From the NCBI GenBank assembly GCA_049314435.1, contig JBMOFD010000003.1, positions 1 through 46,200 of the forward strand: a stretch of 46,200 nucleotides of DNA, read 5' to 3'. Below the pieces are notes generated by a model. That model made no database searches and had not been told where the DNA came from. It saw only the letters and a list, made by a program, of their open reading frames with translations. Position numbers and translations under genes: made by a program. Source of the DNA: Chlamydiia bacterium. GTDB taxonomy: Bacteria > Chlamydiota > Chlamydiia > Chlamydiales > JBMOFD01. Of this stretch, positions 9,948 through 18,800 are shown in pieces. Each line of letters begins with the position of its first letter. The first letter of the stretch is position 1.

Positions 9948-12595
9948 TTTCGGCCAATGCTGACGTCCACCACCAGGGGAACATCAAGCTTCATGGCCTG
10001 CTCCATTCCCTGACGTACCAGCACCTCTAACTCAGAGAGCTCTGTCTCTGGAGCTTCAAAAAGAAGTTCGTCGTGGATCTGGAGAATCATCTGAGACTTC
10101 AGATCTGCCTGGGTGATCAGATCCTGACAACGGAGCATCGCCTGCTTGATGAGGTCAGCAGCTGTTCCCTGTAGGGGACTGTTGACCGCTAGTCGCTCAG
10201 CTGCGGCCCGGATCTGCCCATTGCTGCTATTGATCTCAGGAATCAACCGCTCCCGGCCAGTGAGCGTGCAGCTCTTCCCTGTGGCCCTTGCTTCCTCTTT
10301 ACAGCGCTCGAGGAACTCCCCTACGCGAGGGAAGCGATCAAAATACTTTTTAATAAATTGACGAGCTTCTTCCATGGAGCTCCCGATCTCGATCGAGAGG
10401 CGGTACGCCTGCTGTCCATAGAGGATCCCGAAGTTCACTGCCTTAGCTTGGCGGCGTTGCTCAAGAGTTACGGCTTCTAGGGGAATCTGATGCACAAGCG
10501 CTGCCGTGAATCGATGGATGTCCTCGCCATGCTGGAACGCCTCGATGAGAGTCGGGTCCTTGGACATATGGGCTAGAAGACGCAATTCGATCTGTGAGTA
10601 GTCGGCAGATAGGTAGACCCATCCCTCCCTTTGGGGACGGAACGCCTCACGAATCCTCTTCCCCTCATCGGATCGGATCGGGATGTTCTGCAGGTTCGGG
10701 TCCTGCGAGGAAAGACGACCCGTAGCTGCCACACTTTGCTGGAAGGTAGTATGGATCCGCCCATCACGAGGGAGCACGAAAGCAGGAAGAGCCTCCAGGT
10801 AGGTAGAGCGCAACTTCTCTAGTTGGCGCCACGCTAGGATGGTTCGAACGAAGGGGGCTTGAGGGAGTAAGTCTTCCAGCGCTTCTGCGCTGGTACTTGT
10901 AGCCATCGCACCGCGCTTTGCCGACTTGAGACCCATCTGTTCGTAGAGCACCTGGCTGAGCTGCTTGGGGCTATTGAGATTGAAACGCGAACCGCAGGCC
11001 GAGAAGATCTCCTCTGCCAGCTTATCAGAACGAGCGGCAAATTCGGTCTGCATTGCCTGGAGCTGCGACACATCTACGAAGATGCCGACCTCTTCCATCT
11101 CAAAAAGCAGACGAAGCAGAGGCATCTCCAGTCCATGGAGGAGTTGATCAAGGCCCCGTTCCGTTATCTGCTGTGAGAGGGATGCGTAGACATGCCAGGT
11201 CCAGAAGACGTCTTGGGCGCAGTAGTGGGCCACCTTTTCAACAGGGACCTCTGCCATCGTGATCTGCTGTTTGCCCTTTCCGATGAGCTCTTCTATGGGC
11301 GTCTTGGTGACGCCAAAGAGCTGGAAGGTGACATGATCGAGGTTGTGTCGGTGCGCATGCGCAAAGAGTAGGTAGGAGGCGAGGATCGTGTCGAAGTAGA
11401 GGTAGCCGATCTTCAGACCCAGTCCACGAAGGATGTGCAGGTCATACTTGAGGTTATGCCCGATGCAGCGCACTTCTGTGGCTGCAAGGAACTGCCGGAA
11501 AAGCTCCATACTTTCAGGTGGCTGTAGGGTAGCCACCGGTATGTAGTAAGGCCCACACTCCGGAGCATAGAGTCCAACACCAACTAGCTCAGCTCGTAGA
11601 GGGTCTTCCGAGGTTGTTTCTGTGTCCAGCACATATGTGCCAGCTGTCTTCAGTTGGGTCAACGCCCTCTGGAGCTTGTTATGGTCCAGAATGATCTCAC
11701 ACTCTGGGATCTGAGGGGTCTCTTGGTTGCAGGCTGCTGGACTCTGTTGCTGCAGTTCACTCTGTAGAGAGGAGAAAGCCATCTCCTTGTAGAACGCGCG
11801 CAGTGCCTCGTTGTCTATGGCATAGCGCTCATATTCCTGGAGTGTAGTGGGCACAGGTACATCGGTTTGAATGCGTGCCAGCTTTTGACTCAGTAGGACC
11901 TGTTCTCGCTCAGCCAGGACGGTAGCCTGCTTTTTGGCAGGCAGGTCCGCAGCATGCTGGAGCAGATTTTCCAGAGATCCATAGGTGGAGAGCAGCTGAG
12001 AGGCGGTTTTTGGGCCAAAGCCGCTCAATCCAGGGATATTGTCCGAGGCATCTCCCACGATCGCTAAATAGTCGACGATCTGGCGGGGCGTCACTTCGTA
12101 GATCTCCTGGACCTTAGCCGCATTGACAAGGAGGTAGTCCTTGGATGGGTTGAGCAGCATCACGCGCTCATTAACCAGCTGGCAGAGATCCTTATCCGAA
12201 GAGGCGATCCGTACATCGATCCCCTGTGTCTCCGCCCAGACGGCAATCGATCCGATCACATCATCCGCTTCTACGCCAGGAACCGCGAGCTGGGGGATTC
12301 CCATCCAGCGGAACCAGTCCGCGCTCCATTCGATCTGCTGGGGTAGATCAGCGGGGCACTCCTTGCGATGGCCCTTGTATTCGGCATAGAGGGCTTGTCG
12401 AGACTCCTTGTTGCGTGGTCCATCGAAGACAGCGCAAAGGTGGACAGGCTGCTGCTCATGCAAAAGTTTCAGCACCGATCGGATGCAACCGTAGAGGGCA
12501 TTGGTGGAGGCTCCCTGAGGATTGGTCATCCGGCTGATCGCGTAGTAGCTTCTGAAGAGGTAGGAGCTGACGTCGAGAAGATAGAGTGTTGTCAT
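9926..12595 (-). CDS. polA: DNA polymerase I
   Basis: 5'-3' exonuclease (LLDVSSYLFRSYY, EADDVIG, GDASDNIPG), 3'-5' exonuclease (DTETT, GHNLKYD, YCAQD), polymerase (ATGRLSS, ADYSQIELR, AKAVNFG, QIHDEL); ATG at 12595 overlaps the sppA stop as ATGA. Confidence 0.99.
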   Translation of the reverse strand: MTTLYLLDVSSYLFRSYYAISRMTNPQGASTNALYGCIRSVLKLLHEQQPVHLCAVFDGPRNKESRQALYAEYKGHRKECPADLPQQIEWSADWFRWMGIPQLAVPGVEADDVIGSIAVWAETQGIDVRIASSDKDLCQLVNERVMLLNPSKDYLLVNAAKVQEIYEVTPRQIVDYLAIVGDASDNIPGLSGFGPKTASQLLSTYGSLENLLQHAADLPAKKQATVLAEREQVLLSQKLARIQTDVPVPTTLQEYERYAIDNEALRAFYKEMAFSSLQSELQQQSPAACNQETPQIPECEIILDHNKLQRALTQLKTAGTYVLDTETTSEDPLRAELVGVGLYAPECGPYYIPVATLQPPESMELFRQFLAATEVRCIGHNLKYDLHILRGLGLKIGYLYFDTILASYLLFAHAHRHNLDHVTFQLFGVTKTPIEELIGKGKQQITMAEVPVEKVAHYCAQDVFWTWHVYASLSQQITERGLDQLLHGLEMPLLRLLFEMEEVGIFVDVSQLQAMQTEFAARSDKLAEEIFSACGSRFNLNSPKQLSQVLYEQMGLKSAKRGAMATSTSAEALEDLLPQAPFVRTILAWRQLEKLRSTYLEALPAFVLPRDGRIHTTFQQSVAATGRLSSQDPNLQNIPIRSDEGKRIREAFRPQREGWVYLSADYSQIELRLLAHMSKDPTLIEAFQHGEDIHRFTAALVHQIPLEAVTLEQRRQAKAVNFGILYGQQAYRLSIEIGSSMEEARQFIKKYFDRFPRVGEFLERCKEEARATGKSCTLTGRERLIPEINSSNGQIRAAAERLAVNSPLQGTAADLIKQAMLRCQDLITQADLKSQMILQIHDELLFEAPETELSELEVLVRQGMEQAMKLDVPLVVDVSIGRNWRECYS

Positions 12596-13647
12596 GCGCC
12601 TTGCCCCACGCAGGGTGCAATCCACATCGGTCCGCGTCTGGCCAAGTGGAGCCATGAGGGTTGCCAGGGGAGGAAGACCTCCTTAAATCCGCGGAAGCTC
12701 GATTCCAGCCACTCTTCCAGTCGATAGCGAGGAGTCTGCAGTTCAATGACCTGGGCCTTTTCAACACCCGCCTTGGCGAGGAGCTGAGAGAGCATTTCAT
12801 CTCGAGATCCGTTGCTTTGATCGATCAAACCCAATGCCTGGGCCTCAGCCCCTAAGAAGATTCGTGCTCCGATCTCCTGGCGCAGACGCTCCTTGGTAAG
12901 CTGAGGGCGAGCCTCGACCATGAATTGTAGGAATTGATCATAGCTCGTGGCCATCAGGCCCTCTAAAGAGCGGAACTCATCGGGCTGCCATGGTCTGAAG
13001 GGGGACCCCATGTCCTTGTCGAGACCGGCGGTGAGCACCCGTGCTTCGACTCCCCACTGGTTCAACCCTTGAGACACATTGAAGATCGGTCCAAACATGA
13101 CCCCCACACTGCCCACGATGCTTTCAGGGCAGGCGCTGATCTGATCGGCGGTTGTGGCGATCATGAGACCACCCGAACAGCACATGCTCTCCACATGAGC
13201 GTAGATCGGCACGTTGTGACGTTTCTTGAAGTCGAGGAGGATCTGCCTGATCTGAGAGCTATCCCAGACCGTTCCGCCGGGGGAATCGATGAGAAGAAGA
13301 ACACCGGCTAGAGGTCGATCCTTGGTATAGTGTTCAATAGTTCTCGCCATATGACGGACCGTTGTGGCTTCACAGCAACGACTTCCGATGGTACCGCGAA
13401 TGGCGAGCTGCCAGACAACCGGCGCATCATGACCCAAGATGCTGGCGGATCCCGTGGCGTCAGGGCAGGTCACCATCGAGAGAACGCTCGGTTCTTCTTC
13501 CAAGCGGGGGGACCCTCCAGCGGAAAAGAGAGCGCCGAGTACAATAAAGAGGAGCACCGCGCTTAGGGTAATTCCTAAGGCCCCGGCCATGATGCGCAAG
13601 AACGTCGCATAGAAGAGGCGCCATAGACTGTGTTGCGAAAGGGACAT
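12592..13647 (-). CDS. sppA: S49 family signal peptide peptidase (SppA/SohB-like)
   Basis: N-terminal TM helix, LIDSPGG, CSGG nucleophile motif, VGSVGV, DKDMGSPFR; upstream of polA as in Chlamydia. Confidence 0.88.
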   Translation of the reverse strand: MSLSQHSLWRLFYATFLRIMAGALGITLSAVLLFIVLGALFSAGGSPRLEEEPSVLSMVTCPDATGSASILGHDAPVVWQLAIRGTIGSRCCEATTVRHMARTIEHYTKDRPLAGVLLLIDSPGGTVWDSSQIRQILLDFKKRHNVPIYAHVESMCCSGGLMIATTADQISACPESIVGSVGVMFGPIFNVSQGLNQWGVEARVLTAGLDKDMGSPFRPWQPDEFRSLEGLMATSYDQFLQFMVEARPQLTKERLRQEIGARIFLGAEAQALGLIDQSNGSRDEMLSQLLAKAGVEKAQVIELQTPRYRLEEWLESSFRGFKEVFLPWQPSWLHLARRGPMWIAPCVGQGA

Positions 13648-13679
13648 GTGTTGTGGAGCTTTTGAAGGATTCGCAGACT

Positions 13680-14720
13680 ATGTTGGAATATTTCCTAGGG
13701 AATGGCAAGCCAATCCTCGAGGCGGTTGTTGGGGTCGTGGGGCTGATTTGCCTCAATTTCTTGGTGCGATGGGGCCTGCGTGGGTGGGCCTACCGTCGTG
13801 GCCTGATTCCTCTTCGTTGGCAGCAGATTCTTGACCAAGCCTTTTGGCATCCGTTCCATGTAGTCCTGACCATCGTCGGTTCGCAGATGATCTTGCGGAT
13901 CGTTCTCAAGGAGATCGAGGTTCCCTATCCCTCTGTCATACAGCAATTGGCATTAGGGGCGATTCTCTTGTGCGCGGCGTGGTTCTTCATCGGCATGGTC
14001 GGAGCCTGGCGTCGTTGCGCGGTGGAGCATCGCGGGGCACGCCGCGAAGATCGGGCCATGGTTGATCTCATCGCCAGGCTCCTCATCATTATTTGTTGGA
14101 TTGCAACTGGGTTTGTGGCCCTCGATCTTATGGGAGTGCCGATCACAGCCCTAGTTGCTTTAGGGGGCTTAGCGGGAGGTGGTCTGGCCTTTGCCGCCAA
14201 AGATGTGGTCGGCAACTTCTTTGGTGGCGTCATGCTTCATGTGACTCAACCCTTCATCGTGGGGGATCAGATCCGCTTGGCTGGCGTTCATTTGGAAGGA
14301 ACGGTGGAAGAGATCGGGTGGATGCTCACGCAGGTGCGCACCCTGGATCGTCAGATCCTCTTCATTCCCAACTCCAGCTTCTCCACCGAGATCGTCATCA
14401 ACATCTCGAGGCAGACTCATCGCCCCCTGCGCGAGACGCTCCTGATTCAGGAAGTCGAGGGAAAGAGACTGCCCGAGATCTTAGGGGAGGTGCAGACCCT
14501 TTTGGATCGTTTCCCGGGTCTGGACCCCTCTCAAAAGAGAGTGGCCCATGTGTCCCACATCGGTTCTACCGGGTACGCGTTAGAGGTCGTTGCCTTCACC
14601 AAGGAGGTCGACGATCTAAGTTATTTCGCCTTGAGGACGCGCCTGTTGCTGGCTTTGACTGAGCTCCTCAGCCGGATGCGTGTGATCCTCGTCCGTCCCA
14701 CTCTTGCGATTCAGGCCTGA
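13680..14720 (+). CDS. MscS family mechanosensitive channel
   Basis: TM helices, LAFAAKDVVGNFFGG, PFIVGDQI, EGTVEEIG, IPNS; ATG at 13680 with AAGGA preferred over GTG at 13653. Confidence 0.92.
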   Translation: MLEYFLGNGKPILEAVVGVVGLICLNFLVRWGLRGWAYRRGLIPLRWQQILDQAFWHPFHVVLTIVGSQMILRIVLKEIEVPYPSVIQQLALGAILLCAAWFFIGMVGAWRRCAVEHRGARREDRAMVDLIARLLIIICWIATGFVALDLMGVPITALVALGGLAGGGLAFAAKDVVGNFFGGVMLHVTQPFIVGDQIRLAGVHLEGTVEEIGWMLTQVRTLDRQILFIPNSSFSTEIVINISRQTHRPLRETLLIQEVEGKRLPEILGEVQTLLDRFPGLDPSQKRVAHVSHIGSTGYALEVVAFTKEVDDLSYFALRTRLLLALTELLSRMRVILVRPTLAIQA

Positions 14721-14726
14721 GGCACC

Positions 14727-15356
14727 ATGTTTGACGATCTCGTTTTGCTTCTAGTCGCCCACGCCGCCCAGGCTCCCTGGATCATCTTCCTGATGATCTG
14801 TGCGACTGGGCTTTGTCTCCCTGTCTCTGAAGATCTCGTCATCCTAGGATCGGGGTGGATTGCCGCCAGCATCCTTCCAGACCAGGCAGCGGTTCTCTTT
14901 TTGGCTGGACTGGCTGGTGCCTATGCTTCCGATTGGATGACCTACGGCATCGGTCGCGGGTTGGGGGGGGGCTTGGCTCGCCTGACACGGCGTCGTGTCG
15001 AACGCGGACAAGCCCGCGTGATTCGGATGCAGGCCTTCTTCCAGCGATATGGGATCTGGGCACTTCTCTTCGGACGACTGGTGCCTTTTGGGTTTCGGAC
15101 GGGGCTCTTCCTCGCAGCAGGGATCAGTCGGGTCCATGTTTGGCGTTTTGCTTGGGCAGACGGTTTGGGTTGCCTACTCACGCATAGCCTTCTCTTTGGT
15201 ACGGCTTTCTTTGGCCATCAGCATGTCGAAGAGATCGTCCGAGGGATGCGCGGGCTGCACTGGGTTCTACTGGGCAGCGCTCTGTTGCTGGGCAGCATGG
15301 CTATTTGGCGCCTACGCGGAGAACGCCCCGCTGTGATCGAACCGCAGGAGGATTGA
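14727..15356 (+). CDS. DedA family membrane protein (second paralog)
   Basis: GLCLPVSEDL, SDWMTYGIGR, LFGRLVPFGFR, WRFAWAD. Confidence 0.9.
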   Translation: MFDDLVLLLVAHAAQAPWIIFLMICATGLCLPVSEDLVILGSGWIAASILPDQAAVLFLAGLAGAYASDWMTYGIGRGLGGGLARLTRRRVERGQARVIRMQAFFQRYGIWALLFGRLVPFGFRTGLFLAAGISRVHVWRFAWADGLGCLLTHSLLFGTAFFGHQHVEEIVRGMRGLHWVLLGSALLLGSMAIWRLRGERPAVIEPQED

Positions 15357-15363
15357 CAGCAGC

Positions 15364-15870
15364 GTGTGGGCCAATCTCCTCTCTCTTTCTAGGATCCCAC
15401 TGGGGATCCTCCTTCTCTTCTGCCCTATCCCGTGGCTACGTTTAGTGATCTGCGCTGTGGCTGGTGCTACTGATGCCGTGGATGGATGGGTGGCACGCCG
15501 TGAAGGCTCCCCCTCAAAGTGGGGAGCTCTGCTCGATCCGCTCGGGGATAAAGTCTTTGCGGGCTGTGCCCTAGTAGCTGCTTACAGGGCAGGAGCTCTG
15601 CAGTGGGCAGAGATCTCCATCCTGCTGAGTCGCGAGGGGGCCCTGCTTCTCTATTGTGTGGGGTGGTGGCTACTCGGTCACAGCAGAGCCACTCTGCGAC
15701 TTGGGTCCGTATGGGGCAGCAAGATCTTCACTGTGCTGCAGTTTGTGGTGTTGGGGCTGGCGATGATGGAGTGGGCCATCCCACAGTGGGTCTGGCCCGC
15801 CCTGCTGGTGCTCGCCTTCGTGGCAGCGATCGAATGGATGGTGGCTTTAGGGCGCGCTCGTTCGTCGTAG
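15364..15870 (+). CDS. pgsA: CDP-alcohol phosphatidyltransferase (PgsA-like)
   Basis: NLLSLSRI and the signature TDAVDGWVARR...GALLDPLGDK. Confidence 0.85.
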   Translation: MWANLLSLSRIPLGILLLFCPIPWLRLVICAVAGATDAVDGWVARREGSPSKWGALLDPLGDKVFAGCALVAAYRAGALQWAEISILLSREGALLLYCVGWWLLGHSRATLRLGSVWGSKIFTVLQFVVLGLAMMEWAIPQWVWPALLVLAFVAAIEWMVALGRARSS

Positions 15871-15893
15871 GCGCGAGCTATTCCGCAATGAAC

Positions 15894-18800
15894 CTAGGTC
15901 TTGTCTATGAGCGCAAGGAACTCGAGCATCCACGGAGCTTGTTCGCTCTGGGCACGCACCCGCAGCTCCTGACCAAAAATTTCCCAAAACAACGGGGCCT
16001 TGTCTTGGGGGAAGATCGTTTCAATATCTTTGAAGGGGGGGAGAGCCGCCTTGTTTCCTGTTGCGATCTCATCTAGCCACAAAGGAATCCATTGCTGAAG
16101 AAACTCGCGGGCACTGCCCACCAGCTCGAATAGCTTGATGGATTTGTACAGCACATAGCCATTAGCCAGGTCTCCAGGTAGAGCTATGAGCAACTTTTTC
16201 CAGAACGCAGTGATCTGCTGCTTGCGCCTGACCACCTCTTCTGGTGAAGTGCGCGCAGCGGATTCTACAAGGCTCTCGAATAGGTCAGCGATGGAGAATT
16301 GAGCCCTGGCCCAGGGTATCCGCCTGGGCTTGGAACCGTGTTTGGCCAGCCTGGCTATAAAACCCTCTACGTTGGCTCGGTCCAGAAGGAACTCGCCTAA
16401 CCGATCGGTCTGTTGTGAGTCGCTTACGGCTTGGGCCTGTTCAAGGAAGAGGTCCGGGTTTATCTGCAGGCAGGAATCCCAAAGCTCTGGATGGCTGTGG
16501 AGAGTCAGAGAGTTCCCCTGTTTCGACAGATGGTTAAGGAGGCCCTTCATCACCTTCTCGATGCTGTAGGAGTGTGCATCCTCCCCGTACCTAAGCTGCA
16601 GATCTAAGTCCCTTTCCGGGTTGGCCTCATAGCTAGACTGGAGTGCATTGACAAGGACGTCTGCGCTTTTTAGAGAACGAAGCGGATGGCCTTCGAGATT
16701 GTTCAATTTTCCCTCTATGGCAAGGGAGAGGAACAGCTCCGTGAATCCATCGCGGACGCCCTGGCTAAAGAGAGCACTCTCTCTCTGGAGACAACGATCG
16801 TCTTTTTCCTCCCTCACCATGAAATCGACGAAGTTCTGAAGATCGATGAGATCTTCGCCTAACCTGGTGATCAGTAGATCCTTCTTGGCAGGAAACTCAT
16901 CGTCAGGCACTCCCAGCAGGGCCTGTACTTCTAGCGCCGTGAGTTCTGGAAGAAAACGCTCCTCAAGACTTCGGGCCAGCGCCCCATTTGCTTCTGGATG
17001 CCTCTGGAAAAACCCAAGCAGTCGGTGCACTAGCTCCATGTCAGGGTTAGGCCTTGTTGTCTGCGGCCGAGCCTGAGCCCAATCGACGAATTGGCTCGCA
17101 AACTCTTTGATGATCGCTGGCTCCACGGCGGCGCTTGCTTTAGCGGGCGCCTGCTTTTCAGACCTTCTTGAAAGAGGCTTCATGCCAAAAGAGATCATGC
17201 CGCTATCTTCTAAGGCTTCGCATAGCTTGTTGGCATCCCCCTCGCTCAACGGGTGCAGTTGTAGAACAAACGAGCAGTGGGAGTTTGAAGTCGTCGCATC
17301 AGTCATGTGCGAGCCGTATTCCCTTCTAAACAGATTGGGGATCTCCAGCCATCGGCTAAATCCAGCCCCGCCACTGAATTTAATGTGAACTAGGATGGTG
17401 GGGACTTTCGTATCTCGCTTCTTTTCAAGACGTACATTCGCAGAGTGGCAGGCCAGCGGAATGTGAAGATCCACACAGAAGGCACTGGCGGTGGCAGAAG
17501 TCGATTTAAGCTGAGCCGGCCAACTTGTTCTGGAGGGGTCTGTGAGGGCGGCTGCAAGCTTCCTTAGCTCAAGGGGCAGTCGCTCGAGAGCGGGGTTTTT
17601 GACCTCTAAACTCTCACGGGTACGCTGTGCTTCCTGTGCAAGTTCGCTTCCTTGACTTGGCGCCATGGTGTCTGAGCTAGAGGGCGGAACCGCTTTGGGG
17701 CGCAAGAGTCGGGCCTGCCACAGAAGGATCTGATGCCCCAGCGTGAGAAGGTCATCTAGGGACTCCGGTTGTGGAGATAGTTCATGAGGTCCGGGCCGAG
17801 CCACATCTGCCATCACTTGAGCCACGTTGAACTCTGCGGAGGGGAAGAGCAGAGCCCGTGAGGCCGAGGGGGATGTCGCATCGAGACATATGGCTGTCTC
17901 GGTCTCCGCCCACTGACGAATCGAGTTCTCCATATCGGCTGGGAGGAGTCCACTGTGGGCCATTCTTGAGAGCGTTCCTCTAGCCAATGTCCCCAATCCA
18001 CTGATCATCCGAGCCAGTTGCCCAAACTGCTCTGGCCCACCACCAGGAATGCCCTTGACGGCATGGACGCTCTGGTCGAAGAGATCGACGATCCTTTCCA
18101 ATAGATGGCCGACGGCGGCTCGTAGCCATGGGCGGTCCGCTGTTTCAATCAAGGGAAGGAGCTCGCTATGGAGTCTCTTAAGCACGTCTGTTTGGAAGAC
18201 CAACCATAAGCTCCCCCACTCACTGGGATGTTCCCATCGGTAGAGCCGCTGATTCCAGCTCTTCAAGAGATTATCCCACCCGTCGAGCTTCTGCGCGATC
18301 TCAGAGATCTCTGGCTTCATTCGTTCCATAGTCGCCATGAGATTGTCTACAGTGGATTTGGGTGGGTTATTCGTGCGCAGGATGGGTTCCAGTTCAAACT
18401 CAACCCATTGCTCGAGCAGACCAAAATGCTGCAGGTCAAAGACCAGCTTCAGAAGGAGGTCTGTTTGTGCAGGGCCCATGAGCAGGAGCGCTTCAACTAC
18501 GGGGGACCACTGCTGACCGAGTCTCTCGTCGACGATGAGATTTCCAAGGAGAAGGAGTGCTTGCTCCTTCTTGTCCAATGTAGTGGCGGAAGCTCCCCAG
18601 ATCGCCTCGATTTGAGAACGGTTCTGAGGTATGACTGCGGTGGGAAGAGGGCGACGGAGAAAGCTGGCCAAGCTCGCTCCAGACGTATCGCCTCCCTGCT
18701 GAAAGAGCAGGGCTGCAATCCAGCTCGCATACAACGCGACTCGGCTGCCTTCCCTTCTTTCCAGTGCGCGCAAAGCTCGGACCCCAATTTTCTCGATCTG

